Assembly (NCBI GenBank): GCA_016787005.1
Contig: JAEUTS010000122.1
Coordinates: 1-34,760, forward strand
From: Bacteroidia bacterium
Lineage (GTDB): Bacteria; Bacteroidota; Bacteroidia; JABDFU01
Length of the DNA stretch: 34,760 nt
Direction of reading: 5' to 3'
Shown here in pieces: positions 1-9,548 of the stretch (position 1 is its first letter; each line of letters starts with the position of its first letter). The notes under the pieces are model-generated. The model was not told the origin of the DNA and did no database searches. It was given only the letters and a program-made list of their open reading frames with translations. A program made the translations under genes and the position numbers.

Positions 1-1
1 G

Positions 2-622
2 CCATCTTATCAGATAGCTTTGCTAAAATACAACGGCGGCGGCGATTGGTACGCTAATCTTGAGACCTCATTACCTAACCTCATCAAATTCTGTAACGAT
101 AATTTAAAAACCAATATTAACCCCGAACAAGGGATCGTTGAAGTCAGCAGTCCTGAAATTTTCAATTACCCGCTTGTACACATGACAGGTCATGGTAATG
201 TAGTATTCAACCAGCAGGAAACGGAGAACCTGCGTAAATATCTTATCGGTGGTGGATTTCTGCATATATCGGACAACTATGGCATGGACAAATTCATTCG
301 CAACCAGATGAAAAAGGTTTTTCCTGAACTGGAATTAGTTGAGTTGCCCTTCTCCCACCCTATTTACCATCAGAAATTTGATTTCCCCGGCGGCCTTCCC
401 AAAATTCATGAACATGATAATAAGGCCCCTCAGGGTTTTGGAATTATATATGAGGGCCGACTGGTCTGCTTTTATGATTTTGAATGCGACCTTGGGGATG
501 GTTGGGAATCATTTGATGTACATAAGGACTCACCTGAAGCTCACCAAAAGGCTTTAAAAATGGGTTCAAATATAATACAGTATGTGTTAATGGGTGATGT
601 GAGTAAAAACGGTAATCAGTGA
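2..622 (+). CDS. DUF4159 domain-containing protein (5' truncated by window edge)
   Basis: The frame is open from position 2 (PSYQIALLKYNGGGDWY). Motifs GGGDWY, YPLVHMTGHG, GGFLHISDNYG, HPIYH and DLGDGWE are typical of DUF4159. Stop TGA at 620-622. Confidence 0.8.
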   Translation, partial: PSYQIALLKYNGGGDWYANLETSLPNLIKFCNDNLKTNINPEQGIVEVSSPEIFNYPLVHMTGHGNVVFNQQETENLRKYLIGGGFLHISDNYGMDKFIRNQMKKVFPELELVELPFSHPIYHQKFDFPGGLPKIHEHDNKAPQGFGIIYEGRLVCFYDFECDLGDGWESFDVHKDSPEAHQKALKMGSNIIQYVLMGDVSKNGNQ

Positions 623-637
623 TCGGTAATCGGTAGT
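610..637 (+). repeat. four tandem degenerate heptamers (CGGTAAT CAGTGAT CGGTAAT CGGTAGT)
   Basis: Read directly from the sequence; it overlaps the DUF4159 stop codon. Confidence 0.6.
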
Positions 638-720
638 TGTAGTGTCCGATACACAACTCCAAAAGCGTGTCATGTCGGGTAAAACGAGACATATGGCTGT
701 GCAAAAGCAAATATAATTCT

Positions 721-1920
721 ATGCAAAAAGTAGCGGTTAAAGTAAGCTTAAAACCCGGCAAAGAAGCGAGTCTGCGCAGGTATCACCCTTGGGTGTTTTC
801 GGGCGCGATAGATAAGATACATGATAAAGTTGAAGAGGGTGACCTGGTTGAAGTATACGATAGCAAAGACAATTATTTAGGTACAGGTCACTGCCAGATC
901 GGAACCATTAGCATTCGCATTTTCGCCTTTAAAAACGAAACTATCAATTATGATTTCTGGAAAGGTAAACTGCAGCAGGCATACAACTATCGTAAGGACA
1001 TTGGTTTGATCGACTCTCCGGCAACAAATGTTTATCGCCTACTCTATGCCGAAGGCGACGGTTTGCCGGGTTTAATAATTGACTACTATAACGGCACTGC
1101 TGTGCTACAAACACATTCGATCGGCATGCATCTTTTGAAGAGCTGCATAATTGATGCGCTTAAGGAAATTTATGGTGATCAGCTGAAAGCGGTTTACGAC
1201 AAGAGTGAAGAGACTATGCCTAAACAATCCGATGTAAAGGCGCCGAATGGTTATCTGTTTGGGAATTCGGCCTCAACTGAAGTGATGGAAAACGGCCATA
1301 AATTTTTAGTGGATTGGGAAGGCGGACAAAAGACAGGTTTTTTTGTCGACCAGCGGGAGAGCCGCGAATTGCTGGCCGGTTATTCAAGGGGAAGATCGGT
1401 GCTGAACACATTTTGTTATACCGGAGGATTCTCAATATACGCGGCAAAAGCGGGCGCATCAGTCGTCCATTCGGTTGACTCCTCTAAAAAGGCAATAGAG
1501 CTTACAAACAGGAATATGGAATTAAATGGCTATCCTATAGCTGTTGGGGGCAAATACGAATCTTTCGCCGTCGATACATTTGATTTTTTAAAAGGCAAAC
1601 AAAATACATACGACATCATTGTTCTGGACCCACCTGCTTTTGCGAAACACCAGAATGTAAAACATAATGCCATTATGGGCTACAAACGACTCAACTCGGA
1701 AGCGATCAAACAAACAAAACCGGGAGGCTTGATCTTTACATTTTCCTGTTCACAGGTTGTTGACCGTTATTCGTTTAACAGCGCTGTAATGGCTGCCGCT
1801 ATTGATGCCGGAAGAAATGTCAGAATTGTACATCAATTATCCCAACCTAAAGATCATCCTGTAAATATTTTTCACCCGGAAGGGGAATATTTAAAAGGTT
1901 TGGTGATTTACGTAGAGTAA
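721..1920 (+). CDS. rlmI: class I SAM-dependent rRNA methyltransferase, RlmI (23S m5C1962) type
   Basis: N-terminal PUA-like HPWVFSGA, then EGDGLPGLIID, GQKTGFFVDQR, VLNTFCYTGGF, DIIVLDPPAF, FSCS and EGEYLKG. ATG 721 is preferred over GTG 667. Confidence 0.85.
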   Translation: MQKVAVKVSLKPGKEASLRRYHPWVFSGAIDKIHDKVEEGDLVEVYDSKDNYLGTGHCQIGTISIRIFAFKNETINYDFWKGKLQQAYNYRKDIGLIDSPATNVYRLLYAEGDGLPGLIIDYYNGTAVLQTHSIGMHLLKSCIIDALKEIYGDQLKAVYDKSEETMPKQSDVKAPNGYLFGNSASTEVMENGHKFLVDWEGGQKTGFFVDQRESRELLAGYSRGRSVLNTFCYTGGFSIYAAKAGASVVHSVDSSKKAIELTNRNMELNGYPIAVGGKYESFAVDTFDFLKGKQNTYDIIVLDPPAFAKHQNVKHNAIMGYKRLNSEAIKQTKPGGLIFTFSCSQVVDRYSFNSAVMAAAIDAGRNVRIVHQLSQPKDHPVNIFHPEGEYLKGLVIYVE

Positions 1921-3380
1921 ATCCCGGAGATCAATAACATAGTTAAAGTTATCAGTATAACGCCAATCAGATTTAGCCAAAATCCGGTCTTCATCATTTC
2001 GTGAGTCTTTATCTTATTTGTACCAAACACAATAGTATTCGGTGCTGTTGCCACAGGCATCATAAATCCAAGCGAGGCTGCGAGGGTTGCCGGAATGAGT
2101 AAAATTAAAGGGTGAATATTCATATCTTTTTGAATGACCAACAAAACAGGGATCATCAATTGTATGCATGCCACATTGGAGGCGAATTCACTGATCAAAG
2201 TTGTTATCACACACATGATAAATATGAACAGGTAGATATTGGATCCCGACAAAAAACTTAAATGCCTGGCCAGCCAGGTGCTTAAGCCTGATACTTCAAA
2301 ACCTTTTGCAAGGGCAAATCCGCCACCAAAGAGTAAAATAATATCCAAGGGCAAACGTTTTGCATCCTCCCAGATCATAATAGCTCTTGTCTTTTCTGAC
2401 CTTGCCGGAATTATAAATAACAGAATTGCCATAAAAAGCGCGACTGTACTATCGTTTAAAAACTCTTTGTATTTAAACAAATTATCCCAGCCTCTCATCA
2501 CAAATATTCCAAAATCAATATCGGACCGGGTGAACCACAGTAAGGCAGTGAGGGAAAATACTATGCTTACTACTTTTTCTTCGTAATTCATTGGCCCCAG
2601 TTTTTTATACGCATCAGAGAAATATTCCTTTTCAACAACCGGAGTGTTTATTCTTCTAAGGAACAACTGACTTATAATAAAGAATGACAATAGCATAAAA
2701 ACGAGTGCCAGCGGAAAAGCAATTACAAACCAGTTTGCAAAATTCATATCGTGATTGTCGGGGAATTTGTCGTTGTATTGCCGTAAAAATATCATATTCG
2801 TTGGTGTGCCTACCAATGTGGCCATGCCGCCAATTGTAGCGGAGTAAGCAAGGCCAAGCAGCAAGGCCAATGATATTTTTCGTACCTGCTCTTCGTTTTT
2901 AACATGATACTCAATCTGGTAAATAACAGCAAGTACTGCCGGTATCAGCATCATTACTGTGGCGGTATTCGATATCCACATGGACAGTGAAAATGTGGCG
3001 ATCATTACTCCGAATAAAATACTGACCGGCTTTGAACCTACAATTGTTAATATTTTAAGGGCGATTCGCTGGTGAAGCTGCCATCGCTCAATGGCTATGG
3101 CAATTATAAAACCTCCGATAAATAAAAATATTGTTTGATCCATGTATTGTACGGCTGTTGTTTTTCCGTCGAGAATACCTGTTATTGGTAATAAGATCAA
3201 TGGTAATAAAGCGGTTATGGCAAGAGCAACAGCCTCTGTAAACCACCAGGCAGCCATCCATATTGCAACTGCAGCCATTTTTGTAACCATCGGATTGCCG
3301 GGCGACAGGTCGAATGAAAACAAAACAATCAGGGCCAGTATGGGTCCCGAAAAGATCTTAATCCGGCTTGGTACATTCAT
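1908..3380 (-). CDS. SLC13/DASS family sodium:dicarboxylate/sulfate symporter
   Basis: Multi-TM protein with two SNT-type hairpin motifs (MWISNTAT, EFASNVAC), GGMATLVGTPTN and FMMPVATAPN. Convergent 13-nt overlap with rlmI. Confidence 0.9.
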   Translation of the reverse strand: MNVPSRIKIFSGPILALIVLFSFDLSPGNPMVTKMAAVAIWMAAWWFTEAVALAITALLPLILLPITGILDGKTTAVQYMDQTIFLFIGGFIIAIAIERWQLHQRIALKILTIVGSKPVSILFGVMIATFSLSMWISNTATVMMLIPAVLAVIYQIEYHVKNEEQVRKISLALLLGLAYSATIGGMATLVGTPTNMIFLRQYNDKFPDNHDMNFANWFVIAFPLALVFMLLSFFIISQLFLRRINTPVVEKEYFSDAYKKLGPMNYEEKVVSIVFSLTALLWFTRSDIDFGIFVMRGWDNLFKYKEFLNDSTVALFMAILLFIIPARSEKTRAIMIWEDAKRLPLDIILLFGGGFALAKGFEVSGLSTWLARHLSFLSGSNIYLFIFIMCVITTLISEFASNVACIQLMIPVLLVIQKDMNIHPLILLIPATLAASLGFMMPVATAPNTIVFGTNKIKTHEMMKTGFWLNLIGVILITLTMLLISGIYST

Positions 3381-3446
3381 GCTATAAAAGTAGAAGAATT
3401 TGCATCGATATTTTTTTTAGCTTTAAATAAATTAAAATCATACAAA

Positions 3447-3806
3447 ATGAAGCACCTGAAGTATTTACTATATATACTATTCGTTTTTATTTCTTCTCTT
3501 GGCATTATATCCTGCTGTTGTTCAAAGAAAGCATCTTCTGCAGCAAATACTGCTAAGAAGCAGGATATACCAGATTATGAAAAAAACGGATATGCGCGAG
3601 CTACAGTCATCAAATACGAAGTGGATGGATGCGGATATTTACTACAACTTGGTTCAGGAAAGAAACTGGAAGTGCTGAATCTCCCTGAAGAACTTAAACA
3701 GGAGAAAAAGGAGGTCTGGATAAAATACGAGCTGGATAGAAATGCCGCGAGCATATGCATGGCTGGCGATATTATAAAGCTGACAGATTATAAGGTGATC
3801 AAATAA
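3447..3806 (+). CDS. conserved hypothetical lipoprotein
   Basis: Hydrophobic signal ending in a lipobox-like IISC(CC), followed by a small beta-rich domain with paired Cys (DGCGY...SICMAG). Confidence 0.65.
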   Translation: MKHLKYLLYILFVFISSLGIISCCCSKKASSAANTAKKQDIPDYEKNGYARATVIKYEVDGCGYLLQLGSGKKLEVLNLPEELKQEKKEVWIKYELDRNAASICMAGDIIKLTDYKVIK

Positions 3807-3833
3807 GTAGTGAGTTTAAAGGGCGTTCTGAAT

Positions 3834-5768
3834 ATGAGTAAAAAGAATAAGAAAAAGACAACCGGGCCGGAAAAGAGACCCGATGTTAAATCTCAACTGC
3901 CGCTGAACAACAGCAGTCATCGTAAGTTTTATATTGGCGCTTTATTCATTATTTCAGTTTTACTTTACGCTAATACACTGCATAATGAGTTTGCATTGGA
4001 CGATGCTGTAGTTATAACGAATAACAGATTCACACAACAAGGTCTTAAGGGTATTCCCGATCTGCTCACCAAAGATCTGTTTACTGGTATATATGGAAAA
4101 GCCCTGGATCTTAGCGGCGGCAGGTATCGCCCGCTTTCTCTTGTTTTGTTTGCTGTAGAGTATGAACTATTTGGCAAGAATGCTTTTGTAGGGCATTTAA
4201 CAAATGTCCTGTTTTATGCGCTTATCGGCATAATTATTTTTCTAACCATTGAAACTATTTTTGAGAACAAAAGTCTTTTGGCTTTTGTAACCGCGCTGAT
4301 CTTTGTCCTTCACCCAATCCACACAGAAGTGGTCGCCAACATAAAAAGCCTGGATGAGATATTAAGTTTACTCTTCCTTTTGCTTACAATGCTATGGCTG
4401 TTTAAGGGAGTCCGGACCGGGATTAAGAAGTATACATACTTAGGCTGCCTGGCCTATTTCCTCTCACTTATGGCCAAAGAGAACGGGATCACATTTATGT
4501 TCATCATTCCGCTTTCGTTGTATTGTTTTACCGGCGATCCCCTTAAAAAGAATATCCGTGATTCTATTCCCTATTTTATTGTAGCGGTTGTATTTGTTCT
4601 TATTCGCTGGCATTTTGTAGGAATCATCGGCGACCGCACAAACCCCGACATCATGGAAAACCCTTTTGTGAACGCTACCTTGGGTGATAAGCTTGCAACC
4701 ATTTCATGTATTTTGGGTAAATATTTGTGGCTACTGTTTTTCCCCCATCCGCTTTCATCCGAATATTCATTTAACCAGATACCTATAATCGGCTGGAGCA
4801 GTATCTCCGCGCTATTTCCATTTGTCATTTACACAGGTTTGAGTGGCTGGGCTTTGTTTAATATCCGCAAAAGAGAAAGTGTAAAAGAAATCAACCTGGT
4901 ATTGTCTTTCTGCATTCTGTTCTTTATTGCTACTGTCTTTTTAGTATCAAACATTGTGTTTAATATTGGCGCACCAATGGGTGAGCGTTTTTTATTTTTA
5001 CCCTCGCTGGCATTTTGTATAGCAATTTCGGCATTGTTGCTGAATGTACTTAAAATCGATATGCGATCTTTAAAGCTTCCGCTGAAACTTATCCTGCCGC
5101 TTGCATTTATATCGCTCGCCTTCAGTTACAAAACGGTTACACGTAATAAAGACTGGTACGATGATCTTAGTTTATTCGCTAAAGATGTTAAGTCATCTCC
5201 TAACAGTGCAAAGGTTCATTATTATTATGGAAATGTTCTGCTTGGCAAAGCAAATGCAATAAAGGAAATGAATCCTGAAAAGCAGCAATATCTTTTAAAG
5301 GCTAAGAATGAAATGATCGTCTCTGTTGGCATAAATCCTAAATTTCATCATGCATTTTATGCCCTTGGATTGATTTGTGACGGGCTTGAGTTAGGAGATT
5401 CATCCATCTATTATTTTAATAAAGTACTGGAACTACAGCCGACACATATTGCAACGCAAAACGCGATTGGAAAGGCCTACGGAAAAATTAAAGGTGATTT
5501 TGACAAAGCAATCTTCTACCTTTTAAGGGCAGTGCAATATGATCCTACAGACGCCGAAGCATTGGAAAACCTGGGAATAGCATATGCCATGAAGGGTAAC
5601 ACAAGCGAAGCAATTAAAATTTTTGAAAAGGCTTTAACCCTCAAACCCGGTAACGCACAGTCATATCTTAATTTAGGTGTTGCTTACCATAATATCGGTG
5701 ACCAGAAGAAATCGGATGAAATGATGAATAAGGCTTACCAACTTGATCCTTCTCTTAAGAAGAAATAA
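3834..5768 (+). CDS. TMTC-like GT-C glycosyltransferase (protein O-mannosyltransferase family) with C-terminal TPRs
   Basis: FALDD, YRPL, HPIHTEVVANI, KE, FPHPLS, ERFLFLPS and WxDxxxLF motifs in a multi-TM N-terminal region, then TPRs (ALENLGIAY, SYLNLGVAY). ATG 3834 is preferred over GTG 3810. Confidence 0.75.
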   Translation: MSKKNKKKTTGPEKRPDVKSQLPLNNSSHRKFYIGALFIISVLLYANTLHNEFALDDAVVITNNRFTQQGLKGIPDLLTKDLFTGIYGKALDLSGGRYRPLSLVLFAVEYELFGKNAFVGHLTNVLFYALIGIIIFLTIETIFENKSLLAFVTALIFVLHPIHTEVVANIKSLDEILSLLFLLLTMLWLFKGVRTGIKKYTYLGCLAYFLSLMAKENGITFMFIIPLSLYCFTGDPLKKNIRDSIPYFIVAVVFVLIRWHFVGIIGDRTNPDIMENPFVNATLGDKLATISCILGKYLWLLFFPHPLSSEYSFNQIPIIGWSSISALFPFVIYTGLSGWALFNIRKRESVKEINLVLSFCILFFIATVFLVSNIVFNIGAPMGERFLFLPSLAFCIAISALLLNVLKIDMRSLKLPLKLILPLAFISLAFSYKTVTRNKDWYDDLSLFAKDVKSSPNSAKVHYYYGNVLLGKANAIKEMNPEKQQYLLKAKNEMIVSVGINPKFHHAFYALGLICDGLELGDSSIYYFNKVLELQPTHIATQNAIGKAYGKIKGDFDKAIFYLLRAVQYDPTDAEALENLGIAYAMKGNTSEAIKIFEKALTLKPGNAQSYLNLGVAYHNIGDQKKSDEMMNKAYQLDPSLKKK

Positions 5769-5779
5769 AGAATACTATT

Positions 5780-6754
5780 ATGCAAAATGAGAGTCCGTTG
5801 AGAATTGTTTTTATGGGTACACCCGATTTTGCCGTGGCTTCATTGGATATTTTGGTTAAGCATAAGTTTAACATCGTAGGTGTAGTTACAGCTCCTGACA
5901 AGCCCGCAGGGCGTGGATTGGAGATTCATCAGTCAGCCGTTAAAAAATACGCGGTTGAAAAAGGGCTTACTATTTTGCAACCCGAAAAATTAAAGAGTGA
6001 TGAATTTATTTCGCAACTAAAAGCACTGAATGCTGATCTCCAGATCGTGGTTGCTTTCCGTATGCTTCCGGAGATTGTCTGGCGTATGCCGCGTTTGGGC
6101 ACATTCAACTTACACGCTTCCCTCCTGCCCCAATACAGAGGTGCTGCACCTATTAATTGGGCAGTGATTAATGGTGAAGCGGAAAGCGGTGTAACGACCT
6201 TTTTTCTGCAGCACGAAATTGACACAGGGAAGATCATTTACAGGGATACAGTAACAATAGATGAAAATGAAACAGCCGGCGAATTGCACGACAAGTTGAT
6301 GCGCACAGGAGCAAGCCTTGTTTTAAAAACTGTTGTGGCTATTCAAAACAAATCATATACAGAAACAGATCAGCTGCAATTTATCAGGCCGGGGGAAGTG
6401 CTAAGACACGCCCCGAAAATATTTAAAGATGATTGCAGAATTAATTGGTCTGAGTCGATAACGCAAATACATAATACTGTCCGGGGATTGAGTCCATATC
6501 CCGGTGCTTTCACCGAGCTTGTCTCCCCGCAGGGAAAAGTATTTACGGTTAAGATTTTTAAAACTACCAAGGAGTTGAATCCATCAATTGCGGCATCAGC
6601 AGATGTTTCAACAGATTCAAGTACCTATTTGAAAGTTTCAGCGAGGGGCGGGTATGTGTGCATACATGAATTACAGCTGGCGGGCAAGAAGCGAATGACT
6701 ACAGCTGAATTTCTGCGCGGATTTCCCGTAAATGATCAGTGGAAAGTACAGTAA
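5780..6754 (+). CDS. fmt: methionyl-tRNA formyltransferase
   Basis: IVFMGTPDFA, PDKPAGRG, NLHASLLPQYRGAAPINWA and RGLSPYPGA. Confidence 0.97.
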   Translation: MQNESPLRIVFMGTPDFAVASLDILVKHKFNIVGVVTAPDKPAGRGLEIHQSAVKKYAVEKGLTILQPEKLKSDEFISQLKALNADLQIVVAFRMLPEIVWRMPRLGTFNLHASLLPQYRGAAPINWAVINGEAESGVTTFFLQHEIDTGKIIYRDTVTIDENETAGELHDKLMRTGASLVLKTVVAIQNKSYTETDQLQFIRPGEVLRHAPKIFKDDCRINWSESITQIHNTVRGLSPYPGAFTELVSPQGKVFTVKIFKTTKELNPSIAASADVSTDSSTYLKVSARGGYVCIHELQLAGKKRMTTAEFLRGFPVNDQWKVQ

Positions 6755-6904
6755 ACAGAGAGGTACAGCTTTTTCATCTTTTTCTGATTATGAAAAATAA
6801 GAACATGCCTGCTTCCTGAATACATCATGGATAAAGGCCTTCAGAGTCAGTTATTAACAAAATAGCGATTTATCAACAATCTTTCATTTTTATACCTCTG
6901 AACC

Positions 6905-6934
6905 TTGCATGAATGCTGAATTGCATTACTTTTG
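6905..6934 (+). promoter_or_regulatory. Bacteroidota housekeeping sigma promoter for HU
   Basis: TTG at 6905-6907, a 19-nt spacer, then TACTTTTG at 6927-6934, matching TAnnTTTG. Confidence 0.65.
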
Positions 6935-6979
6935 CTGCTGTTCTGTTAATTAATAATGTTTAACCTAAAACTTAAAAAA

Positions 6980-7255
6980 ATGAACAAAGCTGAATTAGTA
7001 AATTCAATTGCAACTGAAGCAAAAATTTCAAAAGCTGACGCTGGTCGCGCTCTTGATGGATTCATCAACGCTACATCTAAAGCACTTAAAAAAGGTGATA
7101 GAGTTGCTCTTGTAGGTTTCGGTACTTTCTCTGTAGCAAAACGTGCTGCAAGAAACGGTCGTAACCCACAAACAGGCAAAACCATCAAAATTTCTGCTAA
7201 AAAAGTAGCAAAATTCAAAGCTGGTGCTGATCTGAAAAAGACAGTTAACAAGTAA
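6980..7255 (+). CDS. hup: DNA-binding protein HU
   Basis: MNKAELV...[20 protein letters not shown]; 91 aa from ATG 6980. Confidence 0.97.
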   Translation: MNKAELVNSIATEAKISKADAGRALDGFINATSKALKKGDRVALVGFGTFSVAKRAARNGRNPQTGKTIKISAKKVAKFKAGADLKKTVNK

Positions 7256-7274
7256 TTTCGCTTGTTCTCAGAAC

Positions 7275-7309
7275 AAAAAGTCCTTCCGCGTTACGCGGAG
7301 GGACTTTTT
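7275..7309 (+). terminator. rho-independent terminator after HU
   Basis: AAAAAGTCCTTCCGCG-TTA-CGCGGAGGGACTTTTT hairpin (one G:U pair) with a U-tract. Confidence 0.9.
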
Positions 7310-7411
7310 ATTTTATGTAGTTTTGTCGGACTTCTACTCCGCTCATATTCATAAAACCTGGCGACAGTTTTTACGGAGCAGAAGGACTCAATTTAAACAA
7401 ATACTAAGCTT

Positions 7412-8461
7412 ATGAGCAAAGCGGATAAAATAAAAAATTTCGATCCAAACAGTATTGGAGATACCAATAATAATATTTACGGACTCCCCTTCTCTACCGA
7501 TGAAGCAGATGTGGTTGTTATCCCGGTGCCATGGGAAGTGACAGTATCTTATAGTTCTGGAACGGCCAAAGGACCACAGGCTATTTACAACGCGTCGTAC
7601 CAGGTTGACCTGTACGATCCTTATATAAAAGACGCCTGGAAGATCGGGATAGCCATGGAACCGGTTTCTAAAAAGCTTCGATCTAAAAGTAACGTATTGA
7701 GAAAGAAAGCCGAAAAGTATATTGCCATGTATGAAGCCGGTAATGATCCTTCTTCAAATAAAGCCATGAAACTTATCCGTTCAGAAATAAATAAGGCCTG
7801 CAGAAGTATGAATGAATGGGTAAAAGAAAAAGCCCTGCAGTACATTGATAATAAAAAAATTGTCGCGTTGCTTGGCGGAGATCACAGTACTCCTCTCGGA
7901 CTTATGCAGGCATTGGCTGAACGACATTCTTCCTTTGCCATATTGCAGATCGATGCGCACGCCGATCTGCGTGATGCTTACGAAGGATTTGAATTCTCAC
8001 ATGCTTCCATTATGTTTAATGCCATAAAAATACCGCAGGTGAGTAAACTTGTACAGGTTGGAATACGCGACTACTGTGAAGCAGAGGCTAAACTTGAAAA
8101 AACTTCAAATGGCAGGATAAAAACATTTTATGACAGGGATATTAAAACGCGCCAATATGAAGGTGCTTCCTGGGCGGATATTTGCACAGACATTATTAAT
8201 GAACTTCCGCAAAAAATTTACCTGAGTTTTGATATTGACGGACTCGATCCGAAACTTTGTCCGCATACCGGAACGCCTGTCGCAGGTGGATTTGAATTTG
8301 AACAGGTATTGTTCCTGTTTCAAAAGATCATTGAAAGCGGAAAGCAGATCATTGCTTTTGATATTAATGAAGTAACCCCGGGTAGGGATGAATGGGATGC
8401 CAATGTAGGAGCAAGATTGTTATATAGGATTGCCGGGTTGGCGGCAAAGTCCTCACACTAA
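7412..8461 (+). CDS. agmatinase/ureohydrolase family protein
   Basis: Mn-binding motifs GGDHS, DAHADL and SFDIDGLDP, plus TGTPVAGG. Confidence 0.9.
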   Translation: MSKADKIKNFDPNSIGDTNNNIYGLPFSTDEADVVVIPVPWEVTVSYSSGTAKGPQAIYNASYQVDLYDPYIKDAWKIGIAMEPVSKKLRSKSNVLRKKAEKYIAMYEAGNDPSSNKAMKLIRSEINKACRSMNEWVKEKALQYIDNKKIVALLGGDHSTPLGLMQALAERHSSFAILQIDAHADLRDAYEGFEFSHASIMFNAIKIPQVSKLVQVGIRDYCEAEAKLEKTSNGRIKTFYDRDIKTRQYEGASWADICTDIINELPQKIYLSFDIDGLDPKLCPHTGTPVAGGFEFEQVLFLFQKIIESGKQIIAFDINEVTPGRDEWDANVGARLLYRIAGLAAKSSH

Positions 8462-8515
8462 CCCAGGAGAGGGAATAATTTACCAAATCAATAAAATCTG
8501 GTACAACTCTTGCTT

Positions 8516-9214
8516 ATGAATGATAATAAAAAATTGATTGAATACTTATCGGGATTTGCATCTGAAGAACGGGTAAAGAAATTTCACGATGTGATCAATA
8601 ACCGTACTCGACACATAACTATTGTACTGGAAGACATTTACCAGCCACACAATGCCAGTGCAGTGCTTCGCTCCTGCGATTGTTTTGGGATACAGGATGT
8701 ACACATTATCGAGAACAAAAACCAATATACAGTAAATCAGGATATCGCGCTGGGGTCGTCAAAGTGGCTTAACCTTATTAAGTATAAGAATCATCCGAAT
8801 AACACATTGGCCTGCATCAATGACCTTAAAAAGAAGGGGTACAGGATCGTTGCAACCAGCCCGCATAAGGAAGATAATATTATACAGGAACTTGATATAA
8901 CCTCAAAAACAGCACTTGTGTTTGGTACTGAGTTAAAAGGCATATCTGATGAAGTTATGCAGCATGCGGATGGGTTTGTTAAAATACCCATGTATGGATT
9001 TACAGAAAGTTTTAATATTTCAGTATCAGCTGCCCTTTGCCTGCATACTCTTGTGCATAAGCTGCACCATTCGGATATTCACTGGCAGCTTGATGATCAG
9101 GAGAAAGAACAGGTAATGACAGAATGGTTACGTAATTCCATTAACCGCTCGGATCTGATAGAGGAAGAATTTTATAAATCCAACTCAGGCAATAGAAAAG
9201 AGCAAGGCGACTGA
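8516..9214 (+). CDS. TrmH/SpoU family RNA 2'-O-methyltransferase (tRNA Gm18-like)
   Basis: HNASAVLRSCDCFG, VFGTELKG and IPMYGFTESFNISV SPOUT motifs. ATG 8516; TTG 8510 is an alternative start. Confidence 0.88.
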   Translation: MNDNKKLIEYLSGFASEERVKKFHDVINNRTRHITIVLEDIYQPHNASAVLRSCDCFGIQDVHIIENKNQYTVNQDIALGSSKWLNLIKYKNHPNNTLACINDLKKKGYRIVATSPHKEDNIIQELDITSKTALVFGTELKGISDEVMQHADGFVKIPMYGFTESFNISVSAALCLHTLVHKLHHSDIHWQLDDQEKEQVMTEWLRNSINRSDLIEEEFYKSNSGNRKEQGD

Positions 9215-9273
9215 ACTATTTGCCTTAGTTGGATGTTTCCCAATTGTGGCAAGAATAAAAATACATAAGAGCT

Positions 9274-9304
9274 TTTGCCTTGTGAATTGCTTTACCTACT
9301 TTTA
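9274..9304 (+). promoter_or_regulatory. probable Bacteroidota promoter for THX
   Basis: TTTG at 9274-9277, a 19-nt spacer, then TACTTTTA at 9297-9304 (one mismatch to TAnnTTTG). Confidence 0.55.
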
Positions 9305-9330
9305 CAGTATTAAACCAAATAAAAACAAAA

Positions 9331-9516
9331 ATGGGAAAAGGAGACAAAAAAAGCCGCAAAGGCAAAATATTTATGGGTTCGTATGGCGTGAGCCGCCCTC
9401 GTAAAAGTAAAAAATCAAAAAGCGCTTCACCAAAGAAAATAGCGAAGAAAGCGGAAAAGAAAGCTGCGGCAGCACCGAAGAAAGCCGCTAAGAAAGCAAC
9501 TAAAAAGGAAGATTAA
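9331..9516 (+). CDS. 30S ribosomal protein THX (bS31) with Lys/Ala-rich tail
   Basis: MGKGDKKSRKGKIFMGSYGVSRPR is the THX signature. Confidence 0.9.
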   Translation: MGKGDKKSRKGKIFMGSYGVSRPRKSKKSKSASPKKIAKKAEKKAAAAPKKAAKKATKKED

Positions 9517-9517
9517 G

Positions 9518-9545
9518 AAAAACCCCTGAGCAATCGGGGGTTTTT
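9518..9545. terminator. bidirectional rho-independent terminator between THX and pdxH
   Basis: AAAAACCCCTGA-GCAA-TCGGGGGTTTTT hairpin with A- and T-tracts, between convergent genes. Confidence 0.88.
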
Positions 9546-9548
9546 GAT

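Noticed and set aside
667-720. Longer upstream starts given by the ORF track (rlmI 667, also 3810, 6956, 16200, 16479, 28535)
   Set aside because: Downstream ATGs match the family N-termini or signal peptides and follow A-rich Bacteroidota-type leaders; the 28535 start would overlap the promoter itself.
1908-1920. Convergent 13-nt overlap of rlmI and the DASS transporter
   Set aside because: Short tail-to-tail overlaps are ordinary in compact bacterial genomes.
6946-7251. 101-aa antisense ORF over HU, and the other short ORFs nested in or antisense to long genes
   Set aside because: These are shadow frames of well-supported genes and have no recognisable motifs or independent signals.
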